Below are positions 36,926-46,517 of a stretch of 64,000 nucleotides of DNA, piece after piece. The DNA comes from a virus. The stretch is taken from IMG/VR virus record IMGVR_UViG_3300025853_000041, positions 32,001 through 96,000 of that record. One strand, written 5' to 3'. The notes beneath the pieces were generated by a model. It was given only the letters and a program-made list of their open reading frames with translations, had not been told where the DNA came from and made no database searches. Position 1 is the stretch's first letter. Every line of letters starts with the position of its first letter. The translations under genes and the position numbers were made by a program.

Positions 36926-39900
36926 ATGGCAGGAATATGTAAAACTACCTTAAATGAGGTAAAGCAAAACTATGAAGAGAGAGTTGGTAAATATATCAAT
37001 ACTCTATATGGAAAAAGTTTTGAAGAAATAACTGACCCAATGAATCCATTACATAAAGTGAATGGAATCAAGTTTTTAAATGTTAAAAAAGACAACATAA
37101 GTCCAACAACCTTCTCTATTGAAATTAATAGAGAGGGTTTAAACAAACTTATAATTAAAGAGACCTTCAGAATTGTTAATGAGGATGTTGATGAAACTTT
37201 TGACCCAACTCTTCCACCTGATGATTTTGAACTTCCTGAAGGAATGATGCCTGAAGGTGTCCCTAATATGCCTGGAGTTTTGCCTCCTGGTATGGTTCCT
37301 ACTGCTAAGCCTGATTATCCTTACAGATTTGAAGAGACTTTAGCTCATAGAAGACAGTTAAAAGACAGTATTGACAGAAAGATTCAATTGCTTCAAAATG
37401 AAGAGCTTGCAGAAGAGACTTCTAAACAACAATTGGAACAGATAGCTTATCTAAAAGATATTTCTGTAAAATTATTTAAAGAAATTCAATTCTTAGAAAA
37501 AAATGAAGGAGATGTAGATGCTTTTGTAGATAATATAGCCACAGATATTAAAAATACTATGGGGCTATTGAAAAACCCTACAATTGAAAACTTAGAGTTT
37601 GCAAGAAAATATCTTCAAATGTTAGACTATTTTGTTAGAGATGATGAGACTGGATTCTTAAAGTCTTCTTATTCGACACTTAAAGATACTAATCCTGATA
37701 TACACAATAAAATAGTACAGGCAAGACAAGGGATAACTGAGGCTAAAGATGATTTAGCAGCTAAAGTAAACCTTCAAGTAGAAGAAAAAATTAAATACCA
37801 TATAAGACAAAAGGAAGAATATCAAAATGCTGATGAAGCTTTCTTAGAGAGTGAAGCTAAAAGATTATTCAAAGAGCAATTTGCTGAGCAACAAGAAATT
37901 TGGTATGGATTAAAGTTTTACACTAAAATGGAAGATATGGAAGAAGAAGGTAATGTTCTTGTTTCTGTAATTAAGAAAGCTTATGATGATGCTGTTAGAA
38001 ACAATGGTAAAAAAGGTGTAGAAGACAAGTTGCTGGCAAAAGAAAAAAGTATAGTAAACAGACTGATTGAGACAGGAAATTATGTAGGTAGCTTCTTCAA
38101 GAAGAAAGCCCTATGGGATGTCTTTAAAACAGATAATGAAGGGGAAAACAGATTGATTAATCCTTTTACTGTTTCTTGGCAAAAATTTAAAAAAGCTAAT
38201 GAAGTTAAACAAAGAGTTATTTCTAAAATATTTTATAACTTTTCAGCAGAATCTTCTGATACTCAATTAGCTGCAATAGATAAGCACTATGAAACTTTAA
38301 AGAAAGAGGCTGACTTTATAGATATAAGAAAACTGCCTGAGATAATTGCTAACAAAGATTTTGATGAATTTAAAGGCTCTTTTTCAACTGATGCAGAAGC
38401 TCTTGCTTACAGAGATGAAATAATTGCAAGGATTGGAAGAAGAGAATACAATAAACTTATAAAAGAAGCAGAAGACAATATTAATTCTTTTATGATTGAA
38501 AAAGAAGTTAAATTTAATCAATTAAAAGATGAATATGGTGTTACAAATGGACAGGAATTACAGAATGCAATGTATAGAGCAGGAGCTGAAAGTGTCTGGA
38601 ATTTCTATTTACAGAATTATTACACTAAATCTCCTTTTATCTTTGCAGAAAACCACTTTGACCAAGCAACTGGCAACAAGATTGCTAAAGTCTATTTTGT
38701 TGAAAACAAACAATACCTTAATTATGATGCAAGAGCTAACTTAGAGTATAGTACTTTTATACCTAAGACTAAATATCATGATAGCAAATTTGAAGAAAAG
38801 ATTAAAGGAGACAAAGTTCTGCTAGAAGCTTGGGAGTTAATGGACGAACTTGTAGAATACAGTAATAAAAATGGGGCTGATTATAATGCTGATACTGACT
38901 TAGATACAGATTTAGGACATGAAAGAAAAAGAACCCACTTATTAACTGATGTTCTTGGTCTCCTTTCTCCAACAGCTTTAACGAACCTTAAAAAAATAAT
39001 GAGGAGACTTACATCAACTATATCTGGTGAAGGTTGGGTTGATGAGACTGCTGAAGACAAAAGAATAGCAGGACAAAGGGTCACTACTGAGAAGAAAATT
39101 ATGCAACAATTTAATAAATTGATTGCTATTGATGGTCTCAAGCAAGTAAACATGACTGAAGCTCAAATTGAAGAGTATAGAGAAAGAGCTTTAAATTTAG
39201 TTAATAAGCATGCTGATACTGAAAACCTATTACACAATATTATCACTTCCTCTCAAATGACAGGTTCTTTTAAAGCTAAAAAAGAAGTAGAAACATATCT
39301 ACAATTTATAGCAAATCAATTAAGAGGAGCAAAAGGCAGAAAAGCTTTTACAGAAATAGTTGACTTTTTTATTAATAGAAATTTATATGCAATTAATAAT
39401 AGGGGTAAAACTGCTAAAGGCAAGTTTAGAAATGAGTTTGGAAGAAGGGTAAAACATTATCCACATGAACACGAAGAAATCAGAAAAGAAATCAAAGAGG
39501 GTTTGAAAGTTCTAAAAAAGAGAGCTAAAAAAGAACCTAATAATAAAGAACTTGCATTACAGATTGCTGATTTAGAAAAGATGTATGAAGATGGAGTTGT
39601 ATATGTAAATGGTAGAGATGTCACTGAAGCAATGTTATTTAAGGTAAAAGCTTTTACTGCTTTTGCTATAAATGGTTCAGCTCAGGTTACAAACATGGCT
39701 ATTGCAAGTGCTAATGCTTATGAAGTAGATGGCAGACCAGGATTTTGGAAAGCTGGCATATACACTAGAAGTATGTCTTTTGCAAGAAAATATAAGAATA
39801 TAAAATTAATTACCTCTAAGAAAATGCGAGAACAAAGAAAGATTATGGACCTCTTTCTAAAAAGTGCAGACTTAGTGCAGAATAGTGCAAATGAAATATA

Positions 39901-41590
39901 CAGGGAGCAATCATCCAGATTTGGTTCTGCTGTTAAAGAAGTTATTAAAAATCCAACTAATTTTGTTGGAGAGGTAGAGAAAACAATTCAAAAACCTCAA
40001 CTATTAGCTTTACTTACAGAGGTTTTTGTTGAAGACAAAAATGGACAAAAAGTACCAGTTTTTGATGTAAAAAAAGGAGAGTTTCCTGCATTTACATTAA
40101 AAGATGGTGTGCTTGTTTTAAAGAAAGATTTTGATACAAAGAAAAATAGAGATACTTTTATAAGTTTTAACTCTCAAGAGGCAGCAAATATTTTTGGGGA
40201 GTCTGGAAAAATACCTAAAGCTATTGCTTATATAAATGGTGATTATCGTAATTCTACTACTTATTTAGCTGAAAAATATATAGTGACTGCAATGACCTTA
40301 ATGTTTAAAAGATGGGCAATTGCAACAATCTACAAGAAGGCTGATATTTACAAAAGATTAGCTAAAAATGACCAACATATTGCAGGGAATGGGTTTCAAC
40401 TATTAAAAGCTGGTATCTTTGCCACAGCAGTAGGCTCAGCAGGACTTTTAGGTGGTGTATTCACTATGCCTGTTGTTATGGGAATAGGAATTGGTTGGTA
40501 TGCTATATCACAAAGAAAAGCTTTTCTTAAGCAAATTCAAGAAGACCAAACTAAGTTAGAACAAATCTATAAAAATACTAAAGAAGTGCAACTAGCAGTT
40601 TCTATGGAAAAATATGTTAAGGGTAGTTTAACTATTGCAACTTTAGCTTTATCTACTGCAGCTCAAGCATTACTTAATATACCTAGTAGGTGGATAGGAA
40701 GAGATGTCATAGATAGTGACAAACTTAAAAGTATGGTTTACATTGATAAGAAAAATCTACAACAAAAAGCAGTAGATGAGATACAAGCAGATTTATACTT
40801 TTTGCAGACATCAACAGCTTTAGTCTTAAGAAATATGATTTATGGTGTGATGTTACATTCACTTTATTCTTTACTTGACCCAGGATTTGATGACGATGAA
40901 GAAAAAGAAGCATATAAAAAAGCAGTTGAAGCTGAAAAAGGTATTTATTTTGCAGGAGAAGATGAAAGAACTAAAATTCAGACAGTTATGGAATATCCTG
41001 GACTTTCAACCTATTATGCTTTAAACAACATGTTGGCTTCTTTTGCTGAAGATATGTCCCTTACTGAAAATTGGACAGGGCTTCAAAGAATGGGTCAAGC
41101 AGGTAGTATTGAAGATGCTTGGAATGTTGGAGAAGAGCTTGTAAAGGATGAAGAATACGAAAGAGGTAAAAATGCAGGACGTAAAAAAGGAGTTGTACTT
41201 GCTGAAAGATATGTTACTCCTTCTGCTGTAAACTTATTTGGATTTGGTAACAAAATGGAAAAAGACTACAATACAGAGGGTATAGTGGACAGGTCAAACA
41301 AAACTAATCTTGAGATAATGACTGATATCCATAAAGAAGCTAAGAAGGTAGCTAAGAAAAACCACGAAGAAGTGGTTAAAACTTGGGCAGAATATGAAAG
41401 TTTACCAGAAGGAGAAAGAGCAGATTGGGTGAAAAAAGAACTCACCAAATTTTCAAGAAATGAATATCCATCATTAAAACCAGAAGATTTTAATAAGGAT
41501 GGTTCATTAACTGCTGAAGGTATGGATAAAGTAAGAAATTATAGAGCTGGTATCCCTGAAGATTTATTGAAAGAGCTTAAACTTGAGTAG
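36926..41590 (+). CDS. Large cargo/ejection protein with predicted membrane segments
   Basis: 1554 aa, helical, with INGDY...MFKRW and the hydrophobic stretch AGIFATAVGSAGLLGGVFTMPVVMGIGIGWYAI; last gene of the virion operon. Confidence 0.65.
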   Translation: MAGICKTTLNEVKQNYEERVGKYINTLYGKSFEEITDPMNPLHKVNGIKFLNVKKDNISPTTFSIEINREGLNKLIIKETFRIVNEDVDETFDPTLPPDDFELPEGMMPEGVPNMPGVLPPGMVPTAKPDYPYRFEETLAHRRQLKDSIDRKIQLLQNEELAEETSKQQLEQIAYLKDISVKLFKEIQFLEKNEGDVDAFVDNIATDIKNTMGLLKNPTIENLEFARKYLQMLDYFVRDDETGFLKSSYSTLKDTNPDIHNKIVQARQGITEAKDDLAAKVNLQVEEKIKYHIRQKEEYQNADEAFLESEAKRLFKEQFAEQQEIWYGLKFYTKMEDMEEEGNVLVSVIKKAYDDAVRNNGKKGVEDKLLAKEKSIVNRLIETGNYVGSFFKKKALWDVFKTDNEGENRLINPFTVSWQKFKKANEVKQRVISKIFYNFSAESSDTQLAAIDKHYETLKKEADFIDIRKLPEIIANKDFDEFKGSFSTDAEALAYRDEIIARIGRREYNKLIKEAEDNINSFMIEKEVKFNQLKDEYGVTNGQELQNAMYRAGAESVWNFYLQNYYTKSPFIFAENHFDQATGNKIAKVYFVENKQYLNYDARANLEYSTFIPKTKYHDSKFEEKIKGDKVLLEAWELMDELVEYSNKNGADYNADTDLDTDLGHERKRTHLLTDVLGLLSPTALTNLKKIMRRLTSTISGEGWVDETAEDKRIAGQRVTTEKKIMQQFNKLIAIDGLKQVNMTEAQIEEYRERALNLVNKHADTENLLHNIITSSQMTGSFKAKKEVETYLQFIANQLRGAKGRKAFTEIVDFFINRNLYAINNRGKTAKGKFRNEFGRRVKHYPHEHEEIRKEIKEGLKVLKKRAKKEPNNKELALQIADLEKMYEDGVVYVNGRDVTEAMLFKVKAFTAFAINGSAQVTNMAIASANAYEVDGRPGFWKAGIYTRSMSFARKYKNIKLITSKKMREQRKIMDLFLKSADLVQNSANEIYREQSSRFGSAVKEVIKNPTNFVGEVEKTIQKPQLLALLTEVFVEDKNGQKVPVFDVKKGEFPAFTLKDGVLVLKKDFDTKKNRDTFISFNSQEAANIFGESGKIPKAIAYINGDYRNSTTYLAEKYIVTAMTLMFKRWAIATIYKKADIYKRLAKNDQHIAGNGFQLLKAGIFATAVGSAGLLGGVFTMPVVMGIGIGWYAISQRKAFLKQIQEDQTKLEQIYKNTKEVQLAVSMEKYVKGSLTIATLALSTAAQALLNIPSRWIGRDVIDSDKLKSMVYIDKKNLQQKAVDEIQADLYFLQTSTALVLRNMIYGVMLHSLYSLLDPGFDDDEEKEAYKKAVEAEKGIYFAGEDERTKIQTVMEYPGLSTYYALNNMLASFAEDMSLTENWTGLQRMGQAGSIEDAWNVGEELVKDEEYERGKNAGRKKGVVLAERYVTPSAVNLFGFGNKMEKDYNTEGIVDRSNKTNLEIMTDIHKEAKKVAKKNHEEVVKTWAEYESLPEGERADWVKKELTKFSRNEYPSLKPEDFNKDGSLTAEGMDKVRNYRAGIPEDLLKELKLE

Positions 41591-41605
41591 ATTCAGTATG
41601 CAGAC

Positions 41606-41642
41606 AAAAAGAAAGAGAGTTAAATTTTAACTCTCTTTTTTT
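41606..41642. terminator. Bidirectional intrinsic terminator between convergent modules
   Basis: 12-bp stem AAAGAGAGTTAA (41612-41623) / TTAACTCTCTTT (41627-41638), with an A-tract before and a T-tract after. Confidence 0.85.
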
Positions 41643-42078
41643 ATATATTATCCATAATTAATCCCCTTATCTTTGGAACATTTTTATGGTCATTGTGTTC
41701 CACTTTAGTCCATATAGTAGCTTTAAGAACGTCTATATTTGCTTTTCTGGCTTTTATTACTCTGTGGTATCCATCAATTAAATGATACTCTTGTCCAATT
41801 TGAACCATACTAATATAATGTAAATCTCTTAAATTTTCATATAAAAGCATTTCTGATTGAGCTTCTTTTAATTTTGATTTAGACATCTTAATGTTATTGA
41901 TATCTATAAGCCCAGGTCTTAAATCAAATTTATCTAATTGAAACAACATACCAAACCATTCATTGAAATTGTCCTTATATGCCAATTCTATTTCTTTCTC
42001 CATCTCTGGCTTCATCTCAATTAATAGGTCTTTAATTCTATCTTTTGTCTTTATAAGTATTTGTTTTATTTTTCCCAT
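41641..42078 (-). CDS. ParB/Sulfiredoxin-like domain protein
   Basis: YHLIDGYHRV motif. Confidence 0.6.
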   Translation of the reverse strand: MGKIKQILIKTKDRIKDLLIEMKPEMEKEIELAYKDNFNEWFGMLFQLDKFDLRPGLIDINNIKMSKSKLKEAQSEMLLYENLRDLHYISMVQIGQEYHLIDGYHRVIKARKANIDVLKATIWTKVEHNDHKNVPKIRGLIMDNI

Positions 42079-42804
42079 TTAAAATTCTATTAATTTATAT
42101 GTTACACCAATTCCTACTTGAAATCCAGTGTTTATTGTGTTTCCTACTTTTGTCAACCCATACCCAACATAAGGACCTACAATGAAATTTTTCTGTTTTT
42201 GAGTTACATTGTATATTCTCATGTCTGTAATATTTGAATAAGGATTTGCATCTTTAGCTGTTGCAAAAGTTTTCTTTTTCTTAAAAAATCCCTGACTTTC
42301 TGAGCCAACAACTATACTAAGATTATGATATGTTTTTAAAGATATAGTTGTAGAATCTTTTGTAGCTCTACTATTTATCTTATACCATTTGTCTTCAATA
42401 GTTGCACTGTATATTGGGTCGTTATCTACATCCTCAGTTACTTCTGTAACACCTCCTGCATTTATATCTGTCTCTGATGTGATTACTCCAGCAGTCCCAT
42501 TTGAGTCCTTAAAAAGCTTCCTATTCTCTTTTACTAATCTTTGTAATTGTTGAATAGCTTCGTTTTGAGATTCTAAAGCTAAAAAGGTCTTAGCATTGCT
42601 TGTTTCTAAGACTTGAATCTTAGCTACATTTTCTCCATCTTTATTCTTCCAAACTTGTAATTCAGCTAAACTTCCTTCAATTAGTGTTTCCTGTTCTGCT
42701 CTTAAATTTTTCTCATTAAAATATAGGGTGGCTACTAAAATTAAAGCAGCAACTAAAACTACATCTTTAAGAACTCTGAATGTTTTATTTTTATTTATAC
42801 TCAT
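42079..42804 (-). CDS. Membrane-anchored coiled-coil protein, putative spanin
   Basis: Single N-terminal TM helix, coiled coil, and a C-terminal amphipathic beta-hairpin ending ...GIGVTYKLIEF. Confidence 0.5.
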   Translation of the reverse strand: MSINKNKTFRVLKDVVLVAALILVATLYFNEKNLRAEQETLIEGSLAELQVWKNKDGENVAKIQVLETSNAKTFLALESQNEAIQQLQRLVKENRKLFKDSNGTAGVITSETDINAGGVTEVTEDVDNDPIYSATIEDKWYKINSRATKDSTTISLKTYHNLSIVVGSESQGFFKKKKTFATAKDANPYSNITDMRIYNVTQKQKNFIVGPYVGYGLTKVGNTINTGFQVGIGVTYKLIEF

Positions 42805-42816
42805 TTTTATTTTTAT

Positions 42817-42855
42817 TAAGAAAAGTTCTTTGCCTAATCATAGACAAAGAACTTT
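42817..42855 (-). terminator. Intrinsic terminator/hairpin (minus strand)
   Basis: 15-bp stem on the minus strand (AAAGTTCTTTGTCTA-TGAT-TAGGCAAAGAACTTT) with one G-U pair, running into a U-rich tail. Confidence 0.7.
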
Positions 42856-42869
42856 CTGTTTATTACATT

Positions 42870-43106
42870 TTAATCATTTAAAAATGTATCTATTTGATTA
42901 TTAGTGTAGGCAGAAGAAAACTCTACTGTCCTACCATTAGCACCTATAAAAACCACTAAGTTATTTCGATAGTTAAGTTTAATTTGTTTTCCTGTTAAAT
43001 GGTCAGTGAAATATTTCACATCTTCATCCTCTCTATCATGGAAAGTTAAACCTAATTCTACTAAATACTCGAATAAGTCGATATTAGCTACATAAAATTT
43101 GCTCAT
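42870..43106 (-). CDS. Hypothetical protein
   Basis: 78-aa ORF with an AT-rich leader. Confidence 0.6.
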   Translation of the reverse strand: MSKFYVANIDLFEYLVELGLTFHDREDEDVKYFTDHLTGKQIKLNYRNNLVVFIGANGRTVEFSSAYTNNQIDTFLND

Positions 43107-43146
43107 TTTATATAATTTATATTTATATTAAAAAATGTTTTTGTCT

Positions 43147-43695
43147 TTAAGAGTCTGTACTACCAAAGCCATCTTCTCCTCTAACATCCTTATAAGGGTC
43201 ATGTCCTAGGATATAACTCTGTTGGTCAATTGGACTATTTTCCCAAATAAATTCTATATCAGGTCTAGTAACTATTGCAGGAACTAGTTGTGCAATCCTT
43301 TCACCTTTTTCTACTTTATTTAAGAAAGGTGTAGAATTGTATAATATAATTCCAATTTCTCCCTGATAGTCTTCATCTACTGTTCCTGGTCCATTAAGTA
43401 CAGAAAGTCCTCGTTTTAAAGACATTCCACTTCTGGCTCTAACTTGTAGTTCAGTGTTTTCAGGTAAAATTGCTTTTATTCCTGTTCCAAAAAGAATTCT
43501 TTCTAATGACCTGAGTTTTATGTATCCTCTTTCATTAAATCCTTCTTGTACTTTTTTTAAATTTTCAGGCTCAATTTCTCTATCTCCTCTAAAGACCTTC
43601 AAGATTTTAAATGCTGTAACATCCATTCCTGAGGCTTTTTCTGAATAATATTTAGGTTGGTCTGCTCCTTCTTCTATTAAGAATTTTATCATCAT
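43147..43695 (-). CDS. dut: dUTPase (trimeric)
   Basis: Motifs SGMDV, RARSG, GTVDEDYQGEI, ERIAQL and RGEDGFGST. Confidence 0.95.
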   Translation of the reverse strand: MMIKFLIEEGADQPKYYSEKASGMDVTAFKILKVFRGDREIEPENLKKVQEGFNERGYIKLRSLERILFGTGIKAILPENTELQVRARSGMSLKRGLSVLNGPGTVDEDYQGEIGIILYNSTPFLNKVEKGERIAQLVPAIVTRPDIEFIWENSPIDQQSYILGHDPYKDVRGEDGFGSTDS

Positions 43696-43772
43696 TTATT
43701 ATTTATTTCTGTTATGTAAAGAGAATAAAGCCAATCTTCCATTCCCATATACGAAAAAACTACATTAATCAT
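43692..43772 (-). CDS. Micro-ORF, 26 aa (MINVVFSYMGMEDWLYSLYITEINNK)
   Basis: Fills the gap exactly: its ATG overlaps the upstream stop and its TGA overlaps the dut ATG (ATGA). Confidence 0.5.
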   Translation of the reverse strand: MINVVFSYMGMEDWLYSLYITEINNK

Positions 43773-44022
43773 ACTGAGTATCATTAATCTTTTTGACTAT
43801 ACGATATACACCATCATCTGTCATGAATTGGTGTCCTCTCATAGCAAAAATTTCAATATCCTTATCCTCTAGTTCTTGTTGGAATATAGGGATATGAAGT
43901 TCGTGTTCTTTACTGACTTCTAAATCATCAAATTCAAATGACCTATTATTAGTATCAGTAATTTCTTCTGATGGTTCAGTGACCTTTTTTACAAGTCTCC
44001 ATTCTATTCCATTTACTTCCAT
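43765..44022 (-). CDS. Hypothetical protein
   Basis: 85-aa ORF starting 2 nt after the RNR stop. Confidence 0.6.
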   Translation of the reverse strand: MEVNGIEWRLVKKVTEPSEEITDTNNRSFEFDDLEVSKEHELHIPIFQQELEDKDIEIFAMRGHQFMTDDGVYRIVKKINDTQYD

Positions 44023-44024
44023 AG

Positions 44025-45992
44025 TTATATGATTTCACATGAGCCACCAGCACAAGCAACAGTCTCGTTAACTACTGTGTTGTCTTCCTCCTCAACAATT
44101 AGGGTCAAATCAATCTTGTTTTCTTTAATGTATTTTAATTTTCTATTGAAAACTTCATCATCAACTGTTTCAAAAGGTTCATTTTTATATGTTCCTCCAT
44201 CAAAAGGTAAGACTGATAAACCATTAAAACTGTTTTTATTTTTCCACATCCATTCACCAACAACTTCCCATTCATCCTCTTTTACAGAGACAGTAGCAGA
44301 AACATTATTTGTATTTGGTCCTCTTCTGTGTCCACTATGTACCCAATTGAGGTTCATATCTTTGATTCTTTCAAGAAATGTAAGAGCAGTTTCATTGTCT
44401 CTCAATATAGCCTCTTCAGGTGCTATTTGAGGTATTCCAATAACTGCACTATCAAGTTGGTACTCCATATTCTGTATTAATTCAGGATGGTGTATAGACA
44501 TAAAAGTATGAAGGTCATCTCCAATTTTACATTGAATATTCCTAATATATTTAGGTCCATGCCATGCATGAATTCCAGAGGCTGTACCTACAACACAAGA
44601 AGTTGTTCCTGAGGGCTTAATAGTTGTATTTCTTGCTGCACTTCTGATACCAATTTCTTGAGCAACTCTGTGGTTCTCTTCCATTCCTATCTCAGCAGCT
44701 TTTTCCATATCCAACCCTTCAAGATTTCCATCTGCAACTCCTGTAATTCCAATACCAATCAAAGCATCTTTCTCTGTATTTGTCTTCCAAATATTTCTAA
44801 GATAGTGAAAATCAGTGATACCAGCTTGCAAAGTTCCGAAGAATCCTGCAACTCTAGCTCTATCTTCTAAATCAGCTTGAGCTAACACATTTGAAAAAGG
44901 ACCTCCATTTTCATAATAGTTATCCATGTATCCTGTTCTAACTAATAGGTCTATATCTTCATCATCAGCACAACTCATATCTCCAAGAGTCCCAGCATTT
45001 ATTTCTGTTAAATTACAGAAAGTAAAAGGTCTCAAAGATATCTCACAACAAGGATTAGTCCCATATTCAGGGTCATTGGTGAAATAGATACCTGGTTCTC
45101 CAGAGTTGGAATCAACAACCATTTGCCATAAAGCATCAAATTCTGCTTTTTTAACCCTATTTCTTAGGATAACTGCAGAGTTATTAGCTCTTCCTAATTC
45201 TGGATGAAGTTCCCACCAACTACCATGTTTAGCAGTTGCCATTACTTTGTCATCCATTGAGAATAGAGCAATTAATGCAGCTCTACGAATTCCTCCAGCA
45301 AGAACAGCATCAGCAATCAAGCAACAGATTCTATGTACCTCAAAAGTTGATAGTTGACTACCATTCTCTTTGTCAGCTAAAATTGACTCAATTTTCACTA
45401 ATGCAATTTTTAAAGGTTCAGGACCAGGAGCCCTACCACCAGCAGTAACAAGTCTTGCTCCTTTCTCTCTAATATCTGAATAATCAAATCTTGGAGCTAC
45501 TTTTGTTTTTCCAAAATAAGCTTTCATTAATTGTTTTATGGCATCAGACCATCCTTCAATAGAATCTCCTATTAAGAACTTAGCTTTTTTAGTAGGCTTT
45601 GTAATCTCAGGCAGTCTTTCAACATGGTGTTTTTGAACAGAGTATCCTACTCCAGTTCCACCAAGTAGTAAAAACATTAATTCACTAAAAGCTCTATAAT
45701 CATCAATAGGTAAATATGAACAATTATATCCTCTAGCTTCATTCTTTTCCATTGCTGGTCCTGCAAATTGCAAAGCCCTCATAGAAGGTAATACTTTTTT
45801 ACTGTGAAGATATGCTCCATTTAAAATAATTTCATCTTTTAAATCAGGATATCTTTTTATCATCATTGTTAAGTATCTATCTACGACTTCTGTCCAGGTT
45901 TCTCTTCTATTCACCTCAGGCAGATATTTTGCATATTTAGTATAAACTACTACATCTGATAATATTTTTTGCGTATTTATTTCATTTTTCAT
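44025..45992 (-). CDS. nrdJ: Class II (adenosylcobalamin-dependent) ribonucleotide reductase, monomeric type
   Basis: RRETW, PSMR, YNC, GTGVGYSV, GGIRRAA, TNPCCEI, CNLTE, TIKPSGT and C-terminal ACAGGSCEI; no beta-subunit gene nearby. Confidence 0.9.
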   Translation of the reverse strand: MKNEINTQKILSDVVVYTKYAKYLPEVNRRETWTEVVDRYLTMMIKRYPDLKDEIILNGAYLHSKKVLPSMRALQFAGPAMEKNEARGYNCSYLPIDDYRAFSELMFLLLGGTGVGYSVQKHHVERLPEITKPTKKAKFLIGDSIEGWSDAIKQLMKAYFGKTKVAPRFDYSDIREKGARLVTAGGRAPGPEPLKIALVKIESILADKENGSQLSTFEVHRICCLIADAVLAGGIRRAALIALFSMDDKVMATAKHGSWWELHPELGRANNSAVILRNRVKKAEFDALWQMVVDSNSGEPGIYFTNDPEYGTNPCCEISLRPFTFCNLTEINAGTLGDMSCADDEDIDLLVRTGYMDNYYENGGPFSNVLAQADLEDRARVAGFFGTLQAGITDFHYLRNIWKTNTEKDALIGIGITGVADGNLEGLDMEKAAEIGMEENHRVAQEIGIRSAARNTTIKPSGTTSCVVGTASGIHAWHGPKYIRNIQCKIGDDLHTFMSIHHPELIQNMEYQLDSAVIGIPQIAPEEAILRDNETALTFLERIKDMNLNWVHSGHRRGPNTNNVSATVSVKEDEWEVVGEWMWKNKNSFNGLSVLPFDGGTYKNEPFETVDDEVFNRKLKYIKENKIDLTLIVEEEDNTVVNETVACAGGSCEII

Positions 45993-46001
45993 TAATTTAA
46001 G

Positions 46002-46517
46002 TTAATTTATATGTTTTTTTAGGTTTGAAAACCTCATTAAAAACTCTGCTTCTGCTTTCTCAGATGTCCAACAATCAATTTCTCCATCATTCAGTCTAAT
46101 AAATTCCCACTCATAATGTAGAGCTTGTAAATCTATAAACTTTGTGGCAGAAGAATAAGGATAATTGTAACCATATTTTTGGGCTAACACCTTACTTAAT
46201 TTGTTTTCAAGGTCTTTATACCCAGGTAATAACTTTTTTAAAGGTGATGGGCAATCTCCAAGATAAGCTTCAGTTGCATCATGCATGAGTCTTTCTAGTC
46301 TCTCATCTTCAGCAATTTCGATATAATAATCATGACACCAACAACAATGTTGTGCCACTGAATATAGATTAGCAGTATGTCCTAACCATCTTGGGATTAG
46401 GCTTAAAGCATGAGCTATATCATTAATATCAATTGTATCAGGGTCCATTTTGAGATAATCAAAATAGACACCTGAATACGTTTTAATACTGTTTGGCATA
46501 AATAAATTTTCTTTCAT
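46002..46517 (-). CDS. HD-domain phosphohydrolase (YfbR/YfdR-like 5'-deoxynucleotidase)
   Basis: DIAHALS...RWLGH...YSVAQH...LMHDATEAYLGDCPSPLK. Confidence 0.85.
   Translation of the reverse strand: MKENLFMPNSIKTYSGVYFDYLKMDPDTIDINDIAHALSLIPRWLGHTANLYSVAQHCCWCHDYYIEIAEDERLERLMHDATEAYLGDCPSPLKKLLPGYKDLENKLSKVLAQKYGYNYPYSSATKFIDLQALHYEWEFIRLNDGEIDCWTSEKAEAEFLMRFSNLKKHIN

Noticed and set aside
36915-36930. Readthrough or frameshift fusing vRNAP to the next cargo gene
   Set aside because: Tandem TAA TAA stops, a different frame, no slippery heptamer, and the downstream gene has its own ATG.
41591-43146. tRNA or structured ncRNA in intergenic gaps
   Set aside because: The gaps are short and AT-rich, and only simple terminator hairpins are visible.
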